From an uncultured Clostridia bacterium (GTDB taxonomy: Bacteria > Bacillota > Clostridia > Christensenellales > CAG-917): a stretch of DNA of 57,449 nucleotides. The notes beneath the pieces were generated by a model. It had not been told where the DNA came from, searched no databases, and was given only the letters and a program-made list of their open reading frames with translations. Position 1 is the stretch's first letter. The number at the start of each line of letters is the position of its first letter. The position numbers and the translations under genes are program-made. The DNA lies in assembly GCA_934254715.1 (NCBI GenBank), contig CAKQLT010000003.1:1-57449 (forward strand). Reading direction: 5' to 3'. Positions 17,301 through 32,300 of this stretch are shown in pieces.

Positions 17301-20300
17301 AGCGACGATTTCACCGAAATTCTCGAGTATCCCTTCATCGGACTCGACCTCACGCTCGGTCTTAACTTCACGGCGGACCAAGGCGCGAGAGAACTCGTGT
17401 TCGGCGAGGGCAAATACTGGCTCGATTCAAACGGCAAATACGTCGAAATCGAAAAGACGCCCGTTCCCGACGGATACACCGGCAAACTTTACTACAAGGA
17501 TTCCGACGGTATATATCAAGAAGAAAATATAACCAAAGCGACTCTCGCGTTCGACGAGCCGATGAATCTCAATTACGAGTTGCGCATTGCGGGTCAACTC
17601 GACCTTTCGCCTATCGTCGAATATTTGCTCGGCGCGCCCCAAATCAACACTAAGGGCAACGTCAGCGAATTGATGATTGAACTTACGGGCAAAAAGTCAA
17701 GCGACATAAGCGGTCAACTCGCCGCAGAACGCAAAGTTTTGCTCGGACTTTATTACACGGGCGGTTCGCTCTACATCGACGCAAGCAACTTCGGTTTGGA
17801 TAAGGTCAGAACGGACGTTGACCTCTATGAGGTCATTCTCGCATTGCTTGCAAAAGACTCGACCGTCGCGGTCAACGGCGCAACGGGTGCTGAAGCAATG
17901 GCGGCGGAAGATACGATCGATCAAAACGACGCAGACGCGAGAAAGGCTCTTGCGCTCGACGTCATCGCAACGCTTTCTTCCGACAACGTTAAGTTGCAAA
18001 TCGCAAAAGGCTTGACCGACATTCTTTATCAACTCATCGGAATCGACGCAAGCGACATCACTGCTTGGGCGCAAATCGCTTGGGCAAGCGTAAAGGATAA
18101 ATTCGACAACAAACCCGTCCGTATCGCGCTTGACGTCAACAACGACGCAGGTCAACAAATCGGCGGTGCGGAAATCTATATCGGCACGACCGTCAGAGGC
18201 GAAAACGGCGAAACGCTCAGCCCGCTCAAACTCGAAATCGGCGGCGACGCGGTCGAACCTATCAGAATCGTACGCGACGGACAACAAATGCAAGAAATGG
18301 CGTCCTACGTCCAAAGCGAAGGCAACGTGTTTGAAGACGTAGAATTGTTCAACGACTACGGCGACGTCACCATTCCCAGCATTTACGCCGAAATTCAAGG
18401 CACGTTCACGGTCGGCGCGCTTCAAGGCAACAAGTCTTGGACGGTCGGCGAATGGATTGCGTCCTTCCTCGACGACAGCAATCCCGAACTCAATTCGTTC
18501 ATCAGACAACTTCTTCTCACCTACAAAGTGCCTGTCGAAGCGGGCGCAAACATCGGATTCCGCATTGCTCTCAACGCACATCTCAATCCCGACGTTCCCG
18601 TTGACCTCACTCAAAACGTAGTGTTCAAGAAGTACGAAAATTCAAAACTCGCAGACCTCGCGAAATACGTCGAAGTCTACAAACTCAGCGGCGCGAAATA
18701 CATTCTTCTCACCGACGATGAACGCACGACGTTCGAGGGCGACGTATACGTCAAACAATACGTTGCGGGCGGCATTGCGCTCACCGAAGTGACCGACCTC
18801 AATTACAGAGGCGAAGGTTACGTCCTCGTTGACGGCAACTACGTCAAAGTCAACGTCACCGACGAAAATCAAGAACAATACGCAAACGACCAAATTTACA
18901 CTGTGGCAAGTTTGCTCGACATCGCGTACATCGCGTCTCACAGCGATATTGCAATCGAAATCTACAACGAGAAGATAACGCTCGTGGAAAAGATGACCAA
19001 CGCGGAAAAACTCGAACACGTTATCCTCGCGTTGCGTTTGCAAAGCACGGGTGAAAACGCGCAAGGTCAATCGGTAAGCACCGTTTACCTCGATTTGAGC
19101 AACGACTTCCACCTTGCGCTTAACAACATCGACCTCGGCGGATTGCTCGGCGGATTGCTCACGGGCGGCTCGAATAGCGGCAACGACACGGCAACCACGG
19201 CGGCAGACGAGAGCGCAAGCGGCGGAATCGACCTTATGGGTATCCTCGGCAAGGTTCTCGGCGGCATCATCGGCTATATCGGCGTTGACACCGAAGGTTT
19301 GCAAATCAACTTTGCACAAGCACTCGTTGCAACCCTCGTACAAATGCTCGCAGGCAAGCAAGTTGACCCCGAAAAGTTCATCAAACTCAATTCGGACAGA
19401 AGTTATCTTGCGTTTGCGTGGAAGGACGATTATAAACTCGAATTCAATCTTCAAATCGACCCCGCATACGTCGGATTCGAACTCAGTTCAATCAAACTCG
19501 CGCTCGGCAAAGAGGGCGGTGTGTTGCCCGACGATTTCGACCCGAACGTCTACACGACGGCGGAAAATCTCGACACGCTTTCTCTCAACGTCGACCTCGG
19601 ACTCGATTTGCAACTCAAAGGACAAGACGAGCAAGTACGCCTTGAAAAATACCTCGATTTGTTCCTTGCAGACCTCGGCATTACGCTTGGCCTCGATATG
19701 TTCGACGACATCGAATACAACATCGGATTGAGCCTCGGCGCAAACCTCGCGCTCAACGAGCCGAACGAGAGCAATATTGTTCTTGAAGTTAAGAATAAAA
19801 TAACAAATAAGAATATATTAGCGGTTTACATCGAAGGTCAGAACATCTATTTCGATTTCGGAAGCCTCGGTCGCGAACCCATTTATCTCGAAGGTACGAA
19901 CCTTTGCGACGTGCTTTGCAAGTACATAACCGACGCTCTCGGCGACCTCAATTCCATCGTTAAGAACGGTGCTTCCACCGCAGCGGACGAAGTCGCGGCA
20001 AACAGCGCGGACGAGCAAATGCAACTCATTCTCGACATCACGGACGGCAAACTCAGCGTACTCGTTATGCAAAACGTCCTCGTCGGACTTATTGCGGCTC
20101 TCACGTCAAACGGAAGCAGCACCGACATCGCGACGATTATCGAGAAACTCGACCTCGACATTTCCGTCGGCGTCGATTTGCAACTCGACCCGTCTATCGC
20201 AATAAACGTCAACGTTGACAGCAACCTTATCGCACTCGGCGTAAGCGTTGACAACATCGACGTGGCAACCGGCGCGAACAGCAACGCATACGCGACAATC

Positions 20301-23300
20301 CGCGAAAAAGCGCAAAAGGGTATCAGAGGCGACGATAAGTTCGTTCTTCTCTCGGAAGCAGAAAAGGCAACTTACGAAGGCAAGAGATACAACAAAGTCG
20401 GCGGCACGTTCGTCGAAGCGGAAAACGGCGATTACAGAGGTTACTACACCGAGATGTCCAACGCGCACATCATCGAAGTCGACCTCAGTCTTATCGTTGA
20501 CTACTACGCAAGCGCAACGTACACTCTCGTCACCGACCAAAGAGCGCTCGAAACCATTTCGCCGCTCGACAGATATTCGTATAGCAGCAACGAGCAAAGA
20601 TTCGTGCAAGACCCCAACGGCACTTACGTCCGCGAAGGTTTCGCATTCGACGAATTGCTCAATCTTATCCTCAATATGGACGGTTTGCAGAGCATTCTCG
20701 CAACTATGCTTCCGCAAATCCGCATTAACACCGACAACGAAGAAATCGGCTTCGACGTGCAGAACGACAAGTTCAGCGTCGGCGATTTGCTCAAACGTCT
20801 CGGACTCAACCTCGTGCTTTCCGACAAGATGGACGACGGCTTCAAACTCGACGTAAAGGCAAGGCTCAACCTTCAAAAGATAGGTATGGAAGACTTGTCC
20901 AAGATTGACTTGAAGAACCTCAATCTCGACGTCGAAACAATCCTCAGAGGTTTGGAAGCGTACGTCGGAATCGACTTCGATTACGAGCACGAAGGCACAA
21001 ACACCAAACTCGGCGTATATCTCGAAGACGGCGTTGTGTTCGTCGATATGGAAGGTATCGGCGGTCCTCGCGTACAAGTCGGTCTTATCGATTTGATCGA
21101 GAAACTCGGCGTTGAATTCGGCGCGGGCAGCAGCGACGCAAGCACGGCGGCGGACACGCAAGACGGTGAAATGAGCGTCGGTCAAATCCTCAATATGATC
21201 GTTTCCAAGATCGTACTTGCGGGCAAACCGTGGACGACGGGCGGCAACACGAACAGAATCGACCAACTCGGCGTATTCGTGCGCGCAAACTTCATCAACG
21301 ACTTGTTCTCGATGTTGTTCAAGACGGTAGTCGATTCCGAAAACACGGTGGTGGACGAATCTCAAAGCGGTTTGTTCATCTATCCGCAAACGGACAAGTT
21401 TGCATACTGCGGCGTTGACGAAGCACTCGCTTTGCAACTCAAACTTGCTCTTGCAAACAAGAAAGACCCCGTCGAAAACACGCAATATCTCATCGACCTC
21501 AATCTCGGACTCGACGCGAAAGTCGGTCTCGTAAGCGTTGATACCAACTATCAACCGCTTCTCGACAACGACGAAAAACTCGAATTCATCTCACTTGACG
21601 ACTACATCGAAAACATCGTCAAACTTTTGGGCGGCTTCGGCGGCGAAAACTATCAAAGAACGACGGACCTCACCGACAACGCAATCTACTATACGTTTGA
21701 GGCGAGCGACGACGGCGAATACTTGCTCAAGACGGGTATGTACCGCAAGCCCAACTTCACGGTTGACGCAAACGGCGCGTACGTTCTCGGCGAAGACGGC
21801 GAATACAGACTTATCAGCGACGGCGAAACGTTGCCCGAAGGCACGAAGCGTTACGCAAAAGAAGACCTCACCGACGTTCAAATGTATTCTCGCTCTTACG
21901 CAACCGTAAAAACGGGCGAAGACGGCAAGCAATACGCGTATATCGTCAAATACGACGTCGATCCTAACGGCTTGTACGTCTACGACGCAGAAAACGACGT
22001 CTACGTCAACAAGAACGACGCTTCCGCACCCGAAAGCAACACGTTCTATTCGAGAGTTGATATGCCGATCACCGTCACCGAAACGGACGCGGACGGCAAC
22101 GAAATCACTCGCAACGCTCTTGCAAGCGAGGTCAAACTCTACAACAAGTGCGGAAAGACAGCGTATCAAGATCAAAACATCTCTTTGAGCGTAAGCGGCT
22201 TGATTTACTTCAATTCCGCAAGCGCGGAAGTCGTCAACGCGGGCGGCTTGCTTCCCAACGCGTTCCGCGATATGATTATCAACTTGCAAACGCTCAGCGC
22301 ATTCAACGCGGGTATCGGTTTGAGAGTTTCCGCAAACATCGACCTTGCGGCGCTCGATTTGCAAGGACTTGCGTCCGGCGGCACGTTCGGCGACTTCATC
22401 AATAACAGCGATTTGAGCAAAGTCGAACTCGCAATCGAGTTCGTCGAAGTGAACGAAAAGGGCTACTTCGCAAAATACGACACTGCAAACGACACCGGAA
22501 ACGGCAACGAAAAGGTGCTCGGCGGTATGTATTTGAGCGGCGGCACGCTCTATCTCGACCTCACGGGCGTAGTTTCCACTGCGGAAAACTATTCCAAGAT
22601 TGAGAACTTCGTTGAATTTGCAAAGAAAGTTATTGAAAAACTCGGCTCAATCGGCGGCGACAAAGAAGAAAACGGCGCGCAAACGGCAAGCGACGAAGTG
22701 CAAACTCGCTCTAGCCAACGCGACGCGGTCTTGTTGCTTGCATACAGCGATTCTCAATTCCAAATCCAAATCACGAAAGCGTTGATCGCATTCGTGCTTG
22801 CAACGTTTATGCCCGATCTCGGCTCGCTCGAAGACGTATTCGACGTGTTCAACATCTCTTTGGGCGTTGACCTCGGTCAACCCGTTTACAAGCTCGTAGA
22901 TGATTTGAAAGCGACCGATCCCGATCTGTACGAGAAATTCCAAAACGAGTACAAGGGCGACAGATACCGCAAGTACGAAACCGAAGATTTCAGCCAAAAA
23001 GCGGACACCGACACTTACTACGTCGCAGGCAACGCATACTATCTTGCAAGCACCACTTACGTTTACGAAGTGACTGTCGAAGGCGAGGAAGTCACCCCCG
23101 TTGACGGCGAGAAGTTGAGATTTACGGACGGCAACTACGATGCGGACAAGACCTACGCAGTGCTCGAAAACGGCACGTACGTAGTGATTTCAAACAAAGT
23201 TCAAGGCAAGTACGTTCATTCCAACGCAAACTACTATGCGAAAGTGGAAGGAATCACCGACCCCGTAAGTTTGCGCAGTTACAGAATGTACAGAAGAACG

Positions 23301-26300
23301 GACGGCGTTGAAAGCGTCACCGACACGTACATTGCAGGCGACACTTATATCCGCTATAACGGCGAAGAAAGAAAGATCGAAGAATTGAGATCTCGTTTGT
23401 TCGGCTACGTCAAAGACGAAAACGGCGAATATTACAGAACGATAGACCTCTACAATCAAATCAGCGATTACTACATCGGACTCGACGTCGCAATCGGTTG
23501 TGTGAATATGGGTCTCAAACTCGGCGGAATCGAACTCGGTTTCGGCGCGGGCGAGGAATTGTTGCCCGCATACATTCGCGACGGCAAAGCGCACTCGACG
23601 TTCGTAACGAGCGGCACTCTCAACAAGGAAATCGAGTACACCGACGAAACCAAGAACGTCTACGACTTCGAGGATATTCCGACCAATATGTTCTACGACA
23701 CCATCATCACGGTGGGCTTCTCGGTTGAACTCGAATTCGGTATCACGGAAGGCACGCTCGACTTCGGCAAGATTTTGAGCAGCATAATCGGCGACCTCAC
23801 GGGCGTAGTGGTCGAAATGCCCTCAACCACGAAGGGTTATTCTTCCGCGCACTTCAGACTCGACGTGTCGCTTATGGTTGACATCTACGACCTCACCAAG
23901 TCCGAACTCAAAGTCGAACTTATCAACGTCACCGAAACCGGTTACGAGAGTTTGTGGCTCGGCGCGTACTACGTCAACAACACGATTTACGTCAACCTTG
24001 AAGACGCGTTCAACATTCAAAAGTTCGCAATCGGCGGTCTTAACATCGCGGAAATCCTCAAAGATTACATCATCGATTTCGACACCGATAAAGAGTACTT
24101 TGTTGCGGGCGGCTCGCAAACGGCTTCCACGAGCGAAGCGTCCGTGGCAAGCGGCGCACAAGCAAGCGACGTTGACCTCAACGACAAAGAACTTGCTCTT
24201 TCGATGCTCATCAACAGAGATTTGCTCACCTTGAAACTCGGCGACAAACTCTTTGACACGATTCTCGAATATATCCCCGAAGATTTGCTCGGATTCGACA
24301 TCAAAGACTTGTTCTATCAAGAAATCAACGGCGGATTGCAAGTCGAACTCAACACGTCCGACAGCATCAACCTCACGGTTGACGTTGCGCTCGGTCTCGA
24401 CGGCGACAGATACAACAAAGATTCCGACTACGCGGGAACGGACGCAGACAATGAAAGCCTTGCAAACAAGGTCGGCGTTTCCGAAATCTACTACGTCTTC
24501 AAGCAAGACGCAAACGGCAACTACGTCAAGGGCGAAAACGGCAACTACGTCCGTGCAATCACCCCCGAAAAGACCAGTACAGAACGCTACGCCAAGTACA
24601 AAGTCAAGGTTGACGAGGGCGTAAAAGTTCCGTATCTCGTCAAAGTTCTCGACAACGGCAAGGGCGACGGCAGCGAATTGCTCGACAAGACCAAACTTCC
24701 GATGCTCGAAGACGGCGAAAGCGCGGTTGCGATTTACAAGTACGTTGCGGGCGCGGTTGCAAACAAGTCCTACGTCAGCGACGGCGGCAAGTACGATATG
24801 ACGCTCACGCTCGAACTTGCAATCAAGAATCTCGACGTTGCGTTCACCAACTCTCGCACGTACGTCCTCAGCGGCGACGAACTTGCAGAGTACACCGATA
24901 TGGACGACGTTGACCGCTTCACGCTCAGCGAAACCATCGACATTACGACGCAATTCAAGAGCGGCAAGGACAACGACATCGATTTGAGCGCAGTGCTTCA
25001 AGCGTTCTTCCCGAGCCTCACCGACGAGCAACTTCTCGTCATCAAGGCGCAAGCGGACGACGGCGGCGACGTAAATCGTTCCTTGCAACTCGTTTTGGAC
25101 GTTGACATTCAAGTTGCGGCATTGCTCAACTTTATGCGCACCGAACTCGTCAAGTACACCGACGAGGGCGACCAATTCGACGGCGATATGGATTTGTTCA
25201 CCGTCATCGATTTGCTTAAAAAGGTCATCGAAAACATCGACACGACGCAACTGACCAACCTCATTGCGGACGTAGCAAGTTACGTCAACCTCAGCGTAAG
25301 ACTTCAAACCAAGGGCGGCAACGACGCAGACTACCACGATATGCTCGGCATTTATATGGTAGGCGGCACGTTCGAGTTGCTCACGGAAGAAGAAAAGACC
25401 AACGTAACGAGCGAACATTACGTAGACCCGAGCGAGAGATACGACCACTACTTTGAAACCAAGAACGGCAGTTACTATCTCGACGAAACGACGGGCGAAT
25501 ACAACTACATAACTTCGGATACGTTCGCGGGAACGAGATATTCCTACGATTCGAGTTATTGCTACAAGAACGAAAAGGGCAACTACAAGCGCGAAAACGG
25601 TGGCTTGTTCGTTGACCTCAGTTACTTCAATATTCCGTCCTTGCGTATCGACGCAAACGAAATCCGCAAACTTGTCGGCAGCATCTTCGCACTCACTTCT
25701 GGCGAGGCAATGACGGCGGCGGACGACACGACGGGCGACGGCAGCACCGACGACGGCACGGACAGCGGAATTTCCTTCCCGCTCGTCAAAGACGACACCA
25801 TTCTCGGCTATATCAGAACGTTTGCATACGGCTTGCAAATCACGTCGAGATACGTCAAGGTGCTTGCAAACGCAGACTATATCAACAGCATTCTCTCTCT
25901 CGTAATGGGCGAGAACGCAATCCAATTCGACGACGATAAGTTCGTCAACCAACCCAACGTCACGCTTTACACGGACAACACGAGATACTCTTACGAGAAC
26001 GCGCAAGACGTTATCGACGAGTTCAAGAACAACGTAAACGGTCTCGACAAATCGTCGGCAGAGTACAAGAAGTTCGCAAAAGAACTTGAAAGCACTCTCA
26101 CCAAGTCCAAGTATTTGTTCGACATCACCGAGTACAGCGGTAACGACGGCGACCAAAACAAGGGTATCTACTTCAAGGCGAGCGACGGCGCATACGTACA
26201 AAAATCCGAAATGTCCACCGTCGAGCGCGAAGCGTACGACAAGCAAGTCGTGGCAGGCAAAGCAAGTTACTACGACGTAAAGAAAGTCAATGTTTACGTC

Positions 26301-29300
26301 AAACTTTCAAGCGGTGCATACGTCCTCTACGCAGACGCGACTCAAACTCAAATCAACAACTGCGAAAAGGTTGCGGAACTTCAAAACACTTATTTGATAA
26401 GAGTTCCGAAACTCTATTTCCGCAACGCTACGAGCGGCGAATACGAAGCGGTCGATTTCCGCTACAACATCGTCAAACCGCTTCAAGCGCGCAACGAGTT
26501 CATCTCGGTCAACCTCTATTTGTGGAATCACAAGTTGTCTATCGCAATCAACGCGCCGTCGGTCGGCGTAACCAAGTTCAATTACGTCACGGGCAAGGAA
26601 GCGATGGATAATCTCGGATTCACCGACATAGCGGAAGGCGCACGTTACATCAACACCGACGAAGATATCTACACCAGCGTGGATAAGGCTTCCGACGGTT
26701 TGAGCAACTGGGAATTCGATTACTACACCGGCGGCAACTTCGATACGAGCAAGTACGCAAACGGTCCTCGTTACTACGAGTACAGAGGCGAACTCATCGC
26801 AATCACCAAAGATTCGTTGTACGTCAAGAACGGCACTCAATACGTTCCTGCGGCGGCGGTAGACGCAAGCGCGAATCCGATTGAGACGAGTTGGGATTTG
26901 TTCCCCGACTTCATCGCGGAAATCGAAAACAACGGTGCGGAATACTACGTCGAGAACACGGCGAAGACCGCGTACGTACGCGTACAAAGAACTTTCATCT
27001 ATAAGAAGTACACTTACAATACCGAAAAGAAGGTTCTTATCCCCGCAACCGACGACCGTAGCCCCGAAGACTACTACATCAAAGTTCAACAAGCAAGTTC
27101 GATTACGCAACCCGACTTCTCGAAGCCCGAATATGCGGATTACGCGTACAAGAACTACGTTGACAGCGACAACCTCTACTACATCTCGCTTGCGTTGAGA
27201 GGCAGTCTGTTCATTCAATCGGGCAAGATTTACCTCGATTACGCAACCTATCAAGAAGCGTACAAGAGCGTAACGGGCAAAGAACTCACCGACGCGAACT
27301 ACAAGACCGTACTCAACGGCATAATGTTCAAGAAGTTCCAAGGCGATTACGTCAAAGTTTCCGCTTCGGACGACCTCGACGCACTCAAAGCAAACGGCGG
27401 TTTGTACGTTTGGGTCAACAGCACTCTCGACGAGAAATACAACGGCGTGAACGAAGCGCTCGGCGACGTTTTGGGCAACTTGCTCGGCGCAATGACGGGC
27501 AAATTCCAAATCGCGGAAGATATGACGTTCAACGTTTACTTCTCGCTCAGATTGAACCTCGGCTTCAAACTCTACATTCTTCCGTCGTTCAGTATCGACG
27601 TTCGCGACCTTGACGTTGCAATCGACGTTTGGGGCGAACAAAACGACTTGCTTGACGACGGCACGGGCAAGAACTACGTCACGAGCAAAGACAGAGACGA
27701 AAACAACTACGACGTCAAGTTGCTCGACGGCACGAAGCCTCATATCCTCGGCGTTTACTACGACAACGACCAAGACACGGGCAAAGCGGGTCTCTATATC
27801 GACGCGGAAGCGTTGCTCGGCAAAGACGCAAAACTCTTTGTGGATATGAGCAAGTACACGCTCGAAGAAGTTATCACGGGTCTCGTGGCAGGTATCGGCA
27901 AAGACGCCGTTGCGGCAGACGCGTCCGTTGCTTCCGACGACGTGACGAATCTCAATCCCGACAAACAAGGTTCGGATTCGACGAGTTTGTTCGTCAACAT
28001 ATTCACCAACGCGCTCGCACTCAACGTGACGTCCGGCTTTGCAAAAGTTCTTCTCAAAGAACTTATGCCCGACAACGCAAGCATTGCGGATATGTTGCCC
28101 AACCTCAAAGTTTATCTCAAACAAAACCTCAATCCGTACGACATTACGATAGGCGCAATTCTCTTTAACGAGAAAGGCGATATCCCCGTGTTCGACCTCG
28201 GACTCAACATTCAAGGTTTGAACGGTGTGACGGGCGAGTCCTCGTCCATCGAGTTCGGCAGAAAAGAAGATATTTTGGCAATGCAACAAGGCTCTAACGC
28301 AATCTTCTACTATGCGAACTTCTACCGCGACAACGACAACACGGATTACAGCAACTACTACGGAAAGAACTACAACGGCAAAGACTATCTCAAACTCATA
28401 CGCGACGAAGCGACGGGTTACGATTATATCGCAAACGAGGACGGCACGAAGGGCGACCTCTACACGGGCAAAGACGCAAACGGCAACACGGTTGCGGGTC
28501 CCGAAGACAGATATATGAAAGCCGCGCCCGTTATGAGCGAAGTGCTTGCCGCAAGACAGTTGGCGTTCAAGGGCGACGTGTACACCGACGTTGAGGGCGT
28601 GTATATGCTCGTTTACAAACGCCTCAACGACATCGCAGGCAACAACAACCTCGACGAAGACACGTACAGAGAGTACAGAAACCTCGTCAATACCAACCAA
28701 TTTGCGACCTACACGGGCACGCTCTACACGGTTGACAACAACGGCAACTTCGTCAAGACGGACAAAGACACGCTCAAAGGCTTCACGGGCGAGGGCAATT
28801 TGCAATACGCTCTTGCAAGCGTGTATGAGGACGGTGCAACCGAAAGCGAAAAGAGCAAAGCGATAGTTTACAACGAACAAACCTATTATCCGATTGACCC
28901 CAACGGCAACGGATACACCGATATGAGCGAAGCGGACGACTTTGCAAAGAGTTATCCGAGCGCGAAAGTCTACAAACAAGTCACCGATTTCACCAACTAC
29001 ACGAGAGCATTGGCACTCGACCTCGGCGATTTGCTCGGCGGCGGCACGTTTGACGTTGCAAGCGTACTTGCGGACCTCGAAAGCGTCGAACTCGGAATGA
29101 ACCTCGACATCAAGATGACTCTCGACGACGTCATCAACTGGACGTATCAATTCACGAGATTCATCGACGATCCGCAAATCAGCGAATATCTCTACTTCAT
29201 CGCGACTTCGCTTCAAGGCAACAAGGAATTCCAAAGCCTTATCGGCTTGAACCTCAACCTCAAGGCGTATCTCAAACTCGCAAATCTCGTCAAGATGATT

Positions 29301-32300
29301 TCGGGCGACACGAGCGTGGGCATTTTGCAAGCCCTCGAAGGCGCGAAGATTTATCTCGAATTGACCTACGAAACCAACTTCCACGGCGACAAGAAGCCGC
29401 AAGCGTTCTTGTGGGTTGAAATCAAAGACGGCAAACTCTATCTCAACATCGACGCGAGCCAAATCGGCGAAATCGTCGGTTGGGGCGACTTCTTCTCGTA
29501 CGGCGTGGTCGAAGGTCTCGACCTTTCGAGCATACTCGGCAGCAGTTCGACGACCGCAAGCGCGCAAGCGTCCGTTGCGGCTGACGACGAGGAAGTCAAC
29601 ACGGGCTTGATTCCGTCGAACGTATGGGGCGTTCTCAACGTCGTACTCGGCAGATTGCTCATCGCAAACGACTTCATCACGGTCGGACTCAACGAAACTC
29701 TTATCGCGGACCTCATCGGTATGCTCGCGGGCAGCGACAGCGCAGTGCTTCAAGGCATCAGCGAGTTCTTGCCCAAACTCTACACGACCGACACCAAGGA
29801 CACCAGCGGTATCACCATCAACTTCTACGGCAACTCGCCCAGCATCGACATCAACCTCGGCTTCAAGGTAGGCACGCTCTATTACGAAACCGTCAACAAC
29901 TTCAATGCGATGTACGGTGCAAACGGCAAGTACTCGAAGGGAAGCGACTGGTCGGGCACAACGTTCAAGAAAGAATCGGACGGTTCCTACACGGTTGGCA
30001 AAGTTGAAAAGAAAGACAGCGCCGGCGCCACCGTTACCGACAATGACAACACCTATGTACTCGTGTCCACCGACGATTACGCACTCGTTGCGTACGCATA
30101 TCCTGCTTGGGACGGCGACACCTACGACTACGACGCGGCAACGAACACGTTTGCGAAACACACCGCAAGCGGCACGAAGGGCGCATACCTCAAACAAGGC
30201 GACTTCGCAATCGCGATTTCTCTCGGCAAACTTTACGCTACGGTGAACAAAGACTTCTCTGTGGACAAAGACGAGAAATTTGCGGATAAGAACGCAGACG
30301 GTTCAATCAAGTACGTCGAAGCGGAAGACGGCAAGTACGTCAAGAACGCAGACGGCACGTATCGTCTCGCAACCGAAGCGGACGGCGACTTGACGCACTA
30401 CAACGCTTCTTACAGCAACTATACGAGTTTGCAAAGCGCAACCGCACACCTCGAATTGTCAATCGAGATTTCCTTGTACGGAAGCGGCAAAGCGGGCGAC
30501 GACAACATAATCGATTTGAGCGAAATCCTCGATATGATTATGGGGCTCATCAATCCCGACAGCGCAATCAGCGGCTCTACTCTCAAACTCAACATCGTCA
30601 ACGAATTCGGTAACGACCAAGGCGCGTTCCTCACGCTCGACCTCGTTGCGAATATCGACGTTGAAACGTACAAAGTCGAACTCGGACTCGAACTCAACAA
30701 GAAGACGGCAAGTATGACCACCGCAAAGACGTTGCTCGGCGTTTACCTCATTGAAAACGCGGTATACGTCGACCTCAGCGGCATACTCGGCGAAACGGCA
30801 AAAGTCGCGGTGACCGACCTCAACCTTGACGGTTTGCTCGAAGGCGTACTCGGCAAGTTCCTTAATCAAGAAGAAACCACCGACGCGTCGGGCGCAAGCA
30901 TTGCAAGCAAAGAGGACATCGGCACGATCGAAGCGAACAAAGATCATTTGAAGGATTACGCATACTTTATGATCAACGTTACGCCGCAAAAACTCTTGTT
31001 GCAACTCAACGCAGACCTCGTCAATGCAATCTACAAGAAGATAATGGCGATTCGCGGACTCGAACAAAAAGATTTGATTCCCGACATCGGCGATTTGCTT
31101 GTCAGAATGGACGCAACGGGCGACAAGACCGTCATCAGCGTCAACTTGAGATTCAGCGACGGCTTGTACTTCTGCCTTGACATTCCTGCGGCAAGCATAA
31201 CGAAGGATACGAGCAAGGGCATTGCGGAACACTTCGGACTTTCCACCGAAGACAAGAAGTTCTACAAGCAACTCACTCAAGACGAACTTGCGGCAAATCC
31301 GTCGCAAGAAAAATACGTCAAGAACGCGGCGGGCGAGTACGTCCTCGACGAAAACCCCGTTGACGAAAGCAAGACGTATTACAGATACACTCACACGGCA
31401 AAAGTGCCGAGAGATTATCTCGAAATCCTCGCGCTCGACCTCGAAACGCTCGTAAACGGCACGGGTACGTTCGACATTTCGTCGCTCAACTTGCCCACGA
31501 TCGGTCTCAAAGCGTCGCTCAACGTCACTATGACGTCCAAGAACCTCAAACCCGGACAAACCGGTTACGACGAATCGTTGGCAGGCTGGACGCAAGACCT
31601 TCTTGCAAACTTGCTCAGCGGTCAGGCTATGTTCGGACAGTTCAGCACGCTCACGTGGCAAGACGCGAAGACCCTCACCGACGGCGGAAAGGTCTACGAA
31701 GGCAAAGTCTACGTCAAGAACGCGGACGACGCGTACGAACTCTACACCGAAAAGACGTATTCCAAAGATACGACTTACTATAAGTACACTCTTGCCGACA
31801 TCAATATCACGATGGCAAATGAGATCAATCTCACCATCAATATTGCGGCAAACGTAAACCTTGCGCCTATCATCGCGTACGGTATCGGCGGTATCTTGTT
31901 CAGCGACATCGCAGTTGACATCATTGCGGGCGCGCCCGTCAATTCCAACATCATCAGCCTCTACTATCTCGGTTCTTCCAGACTTATGAGAAAAGACGGC
32001 AGCAAGTGGGAACTCGATTTGGCAAGCGGCGCATATTCGTCCAACGAAATCTATTCCGACGCGCTCTACGTTGACGCAAGCGGTTTGGGTCTCGGCAAGA
32101 TTAAACTTCAAGGCATCGCAGGCTTGCTCGGCGCAACCCCGAGTTACGACGCACAAACGGCGTCCGGCGCAAGCGTAAGCGCAGACGCAACGACGTCCGA
32201 CGCGTCCACGTCCGACGCGAACACCGCAGGTGCGAACGCCGCGGCAAGCAACGCGCTCTACTTGCAAATCGACATTCAAAACGGACGTCTCGGCGTGTCC

